A DNA stretch of 16,300 bases from Nanobdellota archaeon (GTDB lineage Archaea > Nanobdellota > Nanobdellia > Woesearchaeales > JAHWHD01): the NCBI GenBank assembly GCA_034722435.1, contig JAYENX010000018.1:1-16300 (forward strand), given 5' to 3'. The stretch's first letter is position 1. Each line of letters begins with the position of its first letter. Under the pieces are notes generated by a model, which worked only from the letters and a program-made list of their open reading frames with translations, was not told where the DNA came from and made no database searches. A program made the translations under genes and the position numbers. Below, piece after piece: positions 1 through 6,976 of this stretch.

Positions 1-96
1 ATGTTCTAGAATTTCGTCACAGAATCTTTTATTATGATCTTCGTATCCTTTCGCAACATTGTCATAGAATTGTTCGAGTTCTTTTTCTTTTTTCAT
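1..96 (-). CDS. N-terminal fragment of a gene running off the window edge; possibly class I SAM-dependent methyltransferase
   Basis: Not in the ORF track. ATG at 96 opens a stop-free frame to position 1: MKKEKELEQFYDNVAKGYEDHNKRFCDEILEH. A minus-strand TTTATATA (127-120) lies 23 nt upstream. FYDxxAxxY resembles common methyltransferase N-termini, but no SAM-binding motif is visible. Confidence 0.55.
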   Translation of the reverse strand, partial: MKKEKELEQFYDNVAKGYEDHNKRFCDEILEH

Positions 97-106
97 ATCT
101 GTCTTT

Positions 107-127
107 AATAAGATTTAAATATATAAA
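107..127. promoter_or_regulatory. Overlapping back-to-back archaeal TATA boxes for the divergent edge gene and polX
   Basis: Plus strand TTTAAATA 114-121 preceded by A-rich AATAAGA; minus strand TTTATATA 127-120. Confidence 0.55.
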
Positions 128-157
128 TTCTTCTATAAAGAGAAAAAGAGTGTGAAA

Positions 158-1111
158 ATGAAAAACTTAGAAATTGCTAAAATATTCTATGAAATGGCTG
201 ACATTTTAGATATGAAGAATGTTGATTGGAAGCCTGCAGCTTACAGGAAAGCTGCTCGTTCTTTGGAACTTATGTCGAAAGATGTTGAATTAGTTGTTAA
301 GAAAGGTTTGAAAGAGGTTGAGAAGATACCTGGAGTTGGGGAGGGTATTGGAGAGAAAATAATTGAGTATTGTAATACTGGGAAAATTAAGGAATATGAA
401 AAATTGAAGAAAAAGGTTCCTAAGAGTGTGGATGTTTTGATGAAAGTTCCTGGGATGGGGCTGAAGAAAGTTAAGGTTTTGTATAATGAACTCAATATAT
501 CAACATTGAAGCAGCTTGAGGTTGCTGCTAAGAAAGGTAAAATTTCTAAATTATCTGGTTTTGGAAAGAAGTCAGAAGAAGATATTCTTAGAGGGTTGGA
601 ATTGTTAAAGCTGAGTAAAGGAAGAGTATTGTTAAGTTTGATCTTACCTGTTGCCGAAAAGATTAAGCAAAAGTTAAAATCTTTGAAAGAGGTTAGTAAG
701 GTTGAGATTGCCGGGTCTATCAGGCGTATGAAAAAGACTGTAAAAGATATTGATATTTTAGTTGTTTCGAAGAAGCCTCGACAGGTAATGGATTATTTTT
801 GTGCAATGTCGGATGTGAAGGTTGTATTAACAAAAGGTAAAACTAAGTCAAATGTCGTGCTACGTTCTGGGATACAAGTAGATTTAAGAGTTGTTGAATC
901 TAAGTCGTGGGGTGCAGCTTTGCATTATTTTACTGGTCCCAAGGATCATAATATTAAGTTAAGGCAGATAGCTATCAATAAAGGGTATAAATTGAACGAG
1001 TATGGTTTGTTTTCTAGAAAGACTGGTAAGTTTATCGTCGGGAAGACTGAGAAAGAGATTTATGTTAAGTTAGGGTTAAAGTATATTCGTCCTGAGAAGC
1101 GGTTTGCATAA
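158..1111 (+). CDS. polX: DNA polymerase X family, core only (no PHP domain)
   Basis: N-terminal lyase domain (KPAAYRKAA), HhH motifs IPGVGEGIGEKI and VPGMGLKKV, GSIRR, catalytic DIDIL and QVDLRVV, HYFTGPKDHN, LNEYGLF, ending at YIRPEKR. ATG 158 preferred over GTG 152. Confidence 0.95.
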   Translation: MKNLEIAKIFYEMADILDMKNVDWKPAAYRKAARSLELMSKDVELVVKKGLKEVEKIPGVGEGIGEKIIEYCNTGKIKEYEKLKKKVPKSVDVLMKVPGMGLKKVKVLYNELNISTLKQLEVAAKKGKISKLSGFGKKSEEDILRGLELLKLSKGRVLLSLILPVAEKIKQKLKSLKEVSKVEIAGSIRRMKKTVKDIDILVVSKKPRQVMDYFCAMSDVKVVLTKGKTKSNVVLRSGIQVDLRVVESKSWGAALHYFTGPKDHNIKLRQIAINKGYKLNEYGLFSRKTGKFIVGKTEKEIYVKLGLKYIRPEKRFA

Positions 1112-1119
1112 ATTTTTGA

Positions 1120-2325
1120 TTAAATGCCTAATGTTTTATACGTAAATTCTTTTACTGCTTCTATTTTTTTTGCAAGGTATCCCATTTTGGACCTTCTATC
1201 AATTTCTTTAAGTCTGGCTAGTGCATGTCCTAGAGTTTTATCAAAACTTTCCCATTTATTCGTTACGACTACTGGTCCGTGCCCTTGCAATACAACCGCA
1301 ATGTCATGTCTTTTATTGCCAATTGTTGATTCATCATCGTACCATACTGTATAAGGTCCTTCTTTTCTTTGACTGATGGCTTCAATTGTTTCAACTGCAA
1401 GTTCTAGTGTTCCGTAACCTGCTTCTTCAACAGGTGTTTCAGTAACTGGAACATTTCCTGGGTTGTCTACAATTTCTGGTGCGTGGCAATGAACAATCGC
1501 GTTAACATTTTGTGGACCCATCCATCTATTTGCGTAGATAATTCCGTGGAGTAATGCTTCAGAGGATGGTTTTCTATCTTCGGGAGCCAAGGTATAAACT
1601 TTGCATTTGATGAGATTTTTTTCTCCTAAATAGCTTACTAACCTTTTTAATGAAAGGCCTTGCCGGTCTACCTCTCTATTTGCATTTTCTAGTTCCATAC
1701 CAAAAAAGATGTTGTATGGAATGTTTTCGCAATGATATGCAAGGTTGAATGCTGCGCTTTGTTTTTTGGTAAATCCTGCAAGATTGTAAAATTTATCTCT
1801 GTGTTCTCTCATTTCTGCAATTTGAGCATAGCTTATTCCTAACTGTGTGATAAGTTCGCGACCTTGTTTTAATTTCGCAAGTCTTTCCTCTGGGTCATTG
1901 AATTTTATATCTAAATCTAAATCTGTTTTTAGCTGTTCTAGAAGATTTTGGTCCTTGAGTGATTTTAATAATCTATATGAATTGAATTCTCCTCTTCTGC
2001 CTCTGTTAGACCCCATGATTAGTTCTTGGTCACCAACGGTGATCCCTATATGTGCTACATGTACAATGTCGTCTATTCTTAGATCTGAGAAATTTGAACC
2101 TGAAGCTGTAATTGTGAAGTTTGAATGGTGTGGTGTTTCTCTAATGCTTATGTTGCCTGCATTTTGTGGTGTCCATCCATTTAGGTTGAGAATTGCAGCT
2201 AGTTTTTTGATAGTTTCGTAAAGACCAGTGTCTATAATTCTTTTTTGGAAAGATTCATAACCATTTAATCTAACTACTTCAAAACCTCTTACTCCTGTAT
2301 AAAATTCTAATAGTTCTCTTGGCAT
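1120..2325 (-). CDS. Class II aldolase/adducin family protein with large internal insertion
   Basis: AGNISIR, ITASG, KPSSE..LH..IY, AIVHCH and LQGHG: metal/catalytic residues E256, H279, H281, H349 present. About 140 extra aa lie between DDIVHV and KPSSE. Substrate (FucA/MtnB/AraD-like) not assignable. Confidence 0.85.
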   Translation of the reverse strand: MPRELLEFYTGVRGFEVVRLNGYESFQKRIIDTGLYETIKKLAAILNLNGWTPQNAGNISIRETPHHSNFTITASGSNFSDLRIDDIVHVAHIGITVGDQELIMGSNRGRRGEFNSYRLLKSLKDQNLLEQLKTDLDLDIKFNDPEERLAKLKQGRELITQLGISYAQIAEMREHRDKFYNLAGFTKKQSAAFNLAYHCENIPYNIFFGMELENANREVDRQGLSLKRLVSYLGEKNLIKCKVYTLAPEDRKPSSEALLHGIIYANRWMGPQNVNAIVHCHAPEIVDNPGNVPVTETPVEEAGYGTLELAVETIEAISQRKEGPYTVWYDDESTIGNKRHDIAVVLQGHGPVVVTNKWESFDKTLGHALARLKEIDRRSKMGYLAKKIEAVKEFTYKTLGI

Positions 2326-2347
2326 ACGCCTTGGAAAGTTTGAGTCA

Positions 2348-2361
2348 TTTTTAAAGATTTG
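2348..2361 (-). promoter_or_regulatory. Putative BRE/TATA promoter of the aldolase gene
   Basis: Minus strand AAATC-TTTAAAAA (TATA 2355-2348), 22 nt before ATG 2325. Confidence 0.5.
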
Positions 2362-2374
2362 TTTAATAAGAAAC

Positions 2375-3148
2375 TTATATTTTAGAAATCCATTTTAGAA
2401 ATATTTCTTTAATTTCTTTAAGATGTTCAGGGTCTCTAAAGGTGTGTGGAGCATTTTTGATGATGTGGAGCTCTTTAGGTTCGGAGAGTGCGTCGAATAA
2501 TATTTGTTGGTGTTGAGGTATTGTACTTGTATCTTTTTCTCCAACTATCATAAGAATTGGCATTGTGAGTTTGTTTACATTTTTTAAAAGGTCATATTTT
2601 AACATATCTTCTTGGAATTGGGGCCATCTTAGTCTTTTTATGAGTCCTGGTCTTGCTGAGCTAGGTCTTATTCTCCATCCTGTTCGATTATATTCTTCAA
2701 GTTCTTCTTTAGATTTATTTCCTATGTGAAGTTTTCCTGAAACAACTGTAGATATTGGAGCAAGAGCTTTTATTTTTTGAGGGAACTTTTCTGCAAAAAG
2801 TGCTGTTGAAATACCCCCTAAGCTGTGACCTACTAAGCAGAAAGGTTCTTGATACCATTCTTGGGTTTCTGCCCATTTGATGACATCTTCTAGATCTTCG
2901 TAGTAGTTAGTTAGATTTGCATTTTCAAAACTGCCTTCGCTTTCCCCATAAGTGTGCGTTACATCGAATCTGATAGCTGTAAAATTTGATTCAATAAATG
3001 CGTGTGTAAATGTTGGAATGGGTGAATGTGTTTTTTCGCCGCTTAAACCGTGCATAACAAATACTAGGCCTTTTTGGTTTTCAACTTTATCAAGAAGAAC
3101 AACTATTCTTTTATTATGTCTGTTCTTGATTTCGATTCTTTTGCTCAT
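2375..3148 (-). CDS. Alpha/beta hydrolase (esterase/peptidase-like)
   Basis: VMHGLSG oxyanion motif, nucleophile elbow GHSLGG, acid VGEKD, His APHTF. Start trimmed from 3295 to ATG 3148 (MSKRIEIKNR); the longer track start crosses the AT-rich divergent promoter region. Confidence 0.9.
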   Translation of the reverse strand: MSKRIEIKNRHNKRIVVLLDKVENQKGLVFVMHGLSGEKTHSPIPTFTHAFIESNFTAIRFDVTHTYGESEGSFENANLTNYYEDLEDVIKWAETQEWYQEPFCLVGHSLGGISTALFAEKFPQKIKALAPISTVVSGKLHIGNKSKEELEEYNRTGWRIRPSSARPGLIKRLRWPQFQEDMLKYDLLKNVNKLTMPILMIVGEKDTSTIPQHQQILFDALSEPKELHIIKNAPHTFRDPEHLKEIKEIFLKWISKI

Positions 3149-3253
3149 AATAGTTAATAAAAGGGGGTAGAATAAATATTTTTTCATAAATTTTTGATTA
3201 AAATTCTTGTTTTTTCTAATGTGTTGATTGGTCGTGTTTTCGTCTCTGTCACA

Positions 3254-3268
3254 GAAAAGCTTTTTATA
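3254..3268 (+). promoter_or_regulatory. Putative BRE/TATA promoter of the trypsin-like gene
   Basis: GAAAAG-C-TTTTTATA; TATA 3261-3268 lies 21 nt before ATG 3290. Confidence 0.55.
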
Positions 3269-3289
3269 CTTTCCTAAGCTTAGAAGTGT

Positions 3290-3931
3290 ATGCATTCACT
3301 TGAAAAACTATTAGAACCTGTATCTTTGACACAGTTTAATCTTCAGGAAAGACGAAACGCGTTTTATTATAATACTCTTGAGGTTTATCATGGTTATGAT
3401 GTGGGGCAAGGTTTTTTATTGACCCCTGATGGATATTTTGTTACACTTTCTAATAGTGTAGGTCGAGGTATAGTGAGAGTACAAATACCTGGAACTAAAA
3501 ATGTGCAGAAAGCTACAATCTCTGAAAAGTATAATGGGCTTGCTTTAGGTAAGATTGATGTTCCTGAAACTTGTACGCCTGGGTTAGTGGTTTTGAAAAC
3601 TGATGTTTTACAAAGAGGGGCTCCTTTAGAAGTATATTTTGCAGAAAGAAATGGTTTGGTAAGTAATGTAGGGGCGTTTAGGGCTTATTCTGTTAATCGT
3701 AGTGTGGAGATTGGAACATCGTCTTGTGATTTTGAAAGTGATTGGAACGGTGCACCTGTCGCAACACATGATACTCATGAATTTGTTGGTTTAACAGTTG
3801 TCAAGCCAGAACCTGAAAGATCTCTGTGGAATTTGTTGTTTGGAAAGAAAGAGATTAAATCGCATGAGTTTATAGCTGCGGATCAAGTTAGAAGATTGGT
3901 TAATAATTATCTTAAAAACTATCATGAATAA
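3290..3931 (+). CDS. Trypsin-like (S1/DegP-type) fold protein, catalytic triad absent
   Basis: GQGFLLTPDGYFVT matches GSGFxIxxdGyIvT; LALGKI matches DLALLKI; NGAPV...EFVGL matches SGGPl...evvGi. The His, Asp and Ser positions read N55, G83 and N153. Confidence 0.6.
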   Translation: MHSLEKLLEPVSLTQFNLQERRNAFYYNTLEVYHGYDVGQGFLLTPDGYFVTLSNSVGRGIVRVQIPGTKNVQKATISEKYNGLALGKIDVPETCTPGLVVLKTDVLQRGAPLEVYFAERNGLVSNVGAFRAYSVNRSVEIGTSSCDFESDWNGAPVATHDTHEFVGLTVVKPEPERSLWNLLFGKKEIKSHEFIAADQVRRLVNNYLKNYHE

Positions 3932-3932
3932 A

Positions 3933-3957
3933 AATAAGATTTAAATACTTTAATATA
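3933..3957 (+). promoter_or_regulatory. Putative promoter of lig
   Basis: AATAAGA-TTTAAATA (TATA 3940-3947) plus a second TATA-like TTAATATA at 3950-3957. The 15-mer is identical to 107-121. Confidence 0.5.
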
Positions 3958-3992
3958 TATTATCTTCTATACAAACTTATTTTTTAAAGACT

Positions 3993-5684
3993 ATGAAATT
4001 CAAAAAGTTAGTTGAATATTTAGAAGATTTAGAAAAGGTAAGTAGCGGTAACGCTATAAGAGCTATTCTTGCAGATCTTTTTAAGAAAACTAATAAGAAA
4101 GAGATTGATAAAGTTGTTTATATGATTCTTGGAAGGATTGCTCCGGAATATTCTAGTACTGTCATCGGAATGGCTGATAAGAGGGTTATCAAAGCACTTG
4201 CAATGGCTGTTAATAAAGATGAGGCAGTTGTTAAAAAGATAAATAAAAAGACTGGGGATGTTGGTTTGAGTGCGTATCAAGTTGTTAAAGGTAAAGGTGG
4301 CACATTAACTGTTAATGATGTATTTAATGAACTTAATAAGATTGCTCGCGTTTCTGGTACCGGTTCGCAAGGTATTAAATTAAGACGTTTAGCGGGGTTG
4401 ATTGTTAAAAGTTCAAATAAAGAATCAAAGTATATTGTAAGGGTTGTTCTGGGTACTTTACGTTTAGGTGTTGCTACTATGTCTGTCTTGGACGGTCTTA
4501 GTATTGCTTTCACGGGAAGTAAAGGTGCGCGGGAAACTATTGAATATGCGTATAATCTTTGCACTGATTCAGGGTTTGTAGCGAAAGTTCTTGCGACTAA
4601 AGGTGTAAAGGTTTTGAAGAAAGTGGGTGTCAAGGTTGGTTCTCCAATTAAAATGATGCTTTGTCAACGAATTAAATCTTTAAATGAGTTAGAACGAAAT
4701 ATTAAAGGTAAGATGGTGGTTGAGGAGAAGTATGATGGAGAAAGGTTACAGATACATTTTGATGGTAAAAATGTGAAAATTTTTTCTCGAAGGTTGGATG
4801 ATATAACTAAACAGTTTCCTGACGTGGTCAGGGTAGTGAAAAAGCAGTTAAAGGGACTAAATTTTATAGTGGAGGCTGAAGTGGTTGCGTGTAAAAAAGG
4901 GGTATTACAACCTTTCCAGTTATTGATGAGGCGAAGGCGTAAGTATGATGTTGAAAAATATGTTAATCAGATACCTGTGTGCGTTTTTCTTTTTGATTTA
5001 TTATATCTGAATAATAGGACTTATATCAATAAAAAGTATACTGAAAGACGAAAAGCTTTAGAACGGATAACGAAAGAGTCTGTAAATCTTAAATTGGCTT
5101 TACAGGTACAAACTGATAATCTTGACATGGTTACTAAATTTTTTAATAAATCTTTGAAACGGTATTGTGAAGGTATAATTATCAAGTCAATGGCTGAAGA
5201 TTCTGTCTATAGGCCTGGTGCAAGGGGAAAGCTCTGGATTAAATGGAAAAAGGATTATGTTAAAGGTTTGATTGATACTGTTGATGTTGTAGTGGTAGGA
5301 GCTTTTTTTGGAAAAGGTAGAAGGAAAGGTAAATACGGTGCATTGTTATGTGCAATATATAATTTTAAATTGGATAAGTTTGAAACTATAACTAAGCTGG
5401 GGACAGGGTTCACTGATAAAGTTCTTGCTGAGATTCCTGGAAAGTTTTCTAAGTATGTAGTGAAATCAAAACCTAAAAATTTGAGTAGTAAAATGAAAGC
5501 GGACGTATGGTTTAAGCCTGAGGTTGTTGTTGAAATAGTTGGTGCAGAATTAACTAAAAGTCTTTTGCATACTGCTGGAGCGGGTTATGCTTTACGTTTT
5601 CCACGTTTTATTAAGTGGAGACTTGATAAAGGTCCAAAGGATACTACTTCATTAAAAGAAATTAAAAAGTTGATTAAAAATTAA
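3993..5684 (+). CDS. lig: ATP-dependent DNA ligase, archaeal type (DBD + adenylation + OB domains)
   Basis: 563 aa with all motifs intact: I EEKYDGER, Ia FSRR, III VEAEVV, IIIa LFDLLY, IV CEGIIIK, V WIKWKKDY, VI LRFPRFIKWRLDK. Confidence 0.97.
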   Translation: MKFKKLVEYLEDLEKVSSGNAIRAILADLFKKTNKKEIDKVVYMILGRIAPEYSSTVIGMADKRVIKALAMAVNKDEAVVKKINKKTGDVGLSAYQVVKGKGGTLTVNDVFNELNKIARVSGTGSQGIKLRRLAGLIVKSSNKESKYIVRVVLGTLRLGVATMSVLDGLSIAFTGSKGARETIEYAYNLCTDSGFVAKVLATKGVKVLKKVGVKVGSPIKMMLCQRIKSLNELERNIKGKMVVEEKYDGERLQIHFDGKNVKIFSRRLDDITKQFPDVVRVVKKQLKGLNFIVEAEVVACKKGVLQPFQLLMRRRRKYDVEKYVNQIPVCVFLFDLLYLNNRTYINKKYTERRKALERITKESVNLKLALQVQTDNLDMVTKFFNKSLKRYCEGIIIKSMAEDSVYRPGARGKLWIKWKKDYVKGLIDTVDVVVVGAFFGKGRRKGKYGALLCAIYNFKLDKFETITKLGTGFTDKVLAEIPGKFSKYVVKSKPKNLSSKMKADVWFKPEVVVEIVGAELTKSLLHTAGAGYALRFPRFIKWRLDKGPKDTTSLKEIKKLIKN

Positions 5685-5686
5685 GT

Positions 5687-6679
5687 TTATTTTTTTTCAA
5701 AAAAATAGAAGCCTGATTCTTTTGCAATTTTTTGGTTTGTAGCCATAAAGTTTGGAACAATATCTTTTTTAAATAATATTTTTCCGTCTTCAATAAAAAA
5801 GTAAGTGTCAGGAGAAACAGTGCCGTTTTTATCTTTCATTTCAAAAACATCTAAAGAGTTTCCCCAGCCATAGATCGTATGAGACGCGACTTCAGTAATG
5901 TTAAGCGATTGACAATCTTTTCTTACTGTAAGATCTGCGTCTTCTTTTTTGTCAGAGAATTTTATCTTTACATCTTGTTTAATTTTTATATTCGTAGCAT
6001 GGGAAAAGATTCCTTTACTTATATTTTGGTTATCACCATTTTTAATTTTAAATTCAATAAAGAAACGTTGTAAGGTCTTAAGAGCGAATTCGTCGGCGTC
6101 TTGGGTGTTGTTGGTGCCGCATTCAATAACAAATGAAGGTATATCTTTTGTTTGTTCTATCATTGCACCTAAAGGGATGTCGAGTTCGAATATGTATGGT
6201 ACGAACTTTTGTGCAATTTCTGAACTTTTTGAATCGACGGTCATGCAATGTGGTGGAGTATTTTGTGCGGTAAATGAATGCAGGTCAAGAACTGCTATTA
6301 ATGGAAGAGTTTTGAAGAAATCAAGAAGTTCTCTAGAAGTTAGTTCGAGTTCGGTTTGAGGATTATTGACCCATGTTCGATTAAAGTTTTGTTTTCCCGG
6401 GATAAGTCTATTTGAGAAATATGGTTCGATTTTTGCAGATGCTACATTTCCAATAAAAAAGTAGACGTCTATAGGGTATTGTTGTTCAGAGTTTATCTCT
6501 TTGAGTATTGCTCTGAAACCTGAAGGTTCATTGCCGTGGATAAGGGAAGATATAAGAACTGCTTTTGAACTGTCTTTGCCTTTTACTTTGAAAATGCTGG
6601 GTTTTTCTAATTGAAACAGTGCTTCAATTTCTGTAAGGCCTTTAATCTTTTCAATATCTTCAAATAAATCGTATTTCAT
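5687..6679 (-). CDS. Succinylglutamate desuccinylase/aspartoacylase (M14-like Zn hydrolase) family protein
   Basis: Zn motif IHGNE (HxxE), NFNRTW, LDLHS (third ligand) and IECG (catalytic Glu). Confidence 0.85.
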   Translation of the reverse strand: MKYDLFEDIEKIKGLTEIEALFQLEKPSIFKVKGKDSSKAVLISSLIHGNEPSGFRAILKEINSEQQYPIDVYFFIGNVASAKIEPYFSNRLIPGKQNFNRTWVNNPQTELELTSRELLDFFKTLPLIAVLDLHSFTAQNTPPHCMTVDSKSSEIAQKFVPYIFELDIPLGAMIEQTKDIPSFVIECGTNNTQDADEFALKTLQRFFIEFKIKNGDNQNISKGIFSHATNIKIKQDVKIKFSDKKEDADLTVRKDCQSLNITEVASHTIYGWGNSLDVFEMKDKNGTVSPDTYFFIEDGKILFKKDIVPNFMATNQKIAKESGFYFFEKK

Positions 6680-6698
6680 ATTAGTTTTAAGTGCGTGT

Positions 6699-6717
6699 TT
6701 TTATATAAAACCTTTCG
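6699..6717 (-). promoter_or_regulatory. Putative BRE/TATA promoter of the AstE/AspA gene (palindromic TTTTATATAAAA)
   Basis: Minus strand GAAAGG-TTTTATAT (TATA 6710-6703), 23 nt before ATG 6679. Confidence 0.55.
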
Positions 6718-6741
6718 TTGATAAACCGGTTTTGTGAAAAT

Positions 6742-6904
6742 TCTCTCGTTCGCCTGCTCGAATAGTGAGTGAAATAATTTTAAATAATCTCGCATCAATA
6801 CTGTCTTACTCGCACTGTGTTCGAGCAATGCTCAGTAATATTATATATTGCCGACCATTACAAATAGCACCTTGGCTCACTGGCCAGTATAGGCGAGACT
6901 TTTT
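6742..6904. ncRNA. Candidate structured intergenic RNA/element, family unknown, strand unresolved
   Basis: Richer in G+C than the flanking intergenic DNA. Complementary segments: TCGCCT 6750-55/AGGCGA 6891-96; TGCTCGAA 6755-62/TTCGAGCA 6820-27; GAGTGA 6767-72/TTACTC 6806-11; a GTAATAT/ATATTGC hairpin; palindrome ACTGGCCAGT 6879-88. Confidence 0.4.
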
Positions 6905-6920
6905 ATTAAACCTAATAAAC

Positions 6921-6944
6921 CAAAACATTTATATTATCTTTTTC
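6921..6944. promoter_or_regulatory. Possible bidirectional TATA region (ligase-like gene on +, structured element on -)
   Basis: Plus strand CAAAAC-A-TTTATATT (6928-6935); minus strand GAAAAAG-A-TAATATAA (6936-6929). SD GAGGTG at 6968-6973 before ATG 6977. Confidence 0.45.
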
Positions 6945-6976
6945 TTATTATTCTTAATAAAAAAATAGAGGTGTGT

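Noticed and set aside
1100-1400. Frameshifted PHP domain downstream of polX
   Set aside because: The sequence after the stop is the 3' end of the convergent aldolase; no PHP HxH motifs are seen in the plus-strand frame provided by the track.
1620-2045. Aldolase insertion as an intein or intron
   Set aside because: No Cys/Ser...His-Asn-Cys/Ser/Thr splice junctions, no LAGLIDADG/HNH motifs, and the frame is continuous.
6765-6968. 67-aa ORF on the plus strand
   Set aside because: GTG start with no RBS and no motifs; it runs through the structured element and the AT-rich promoter of the next gene.
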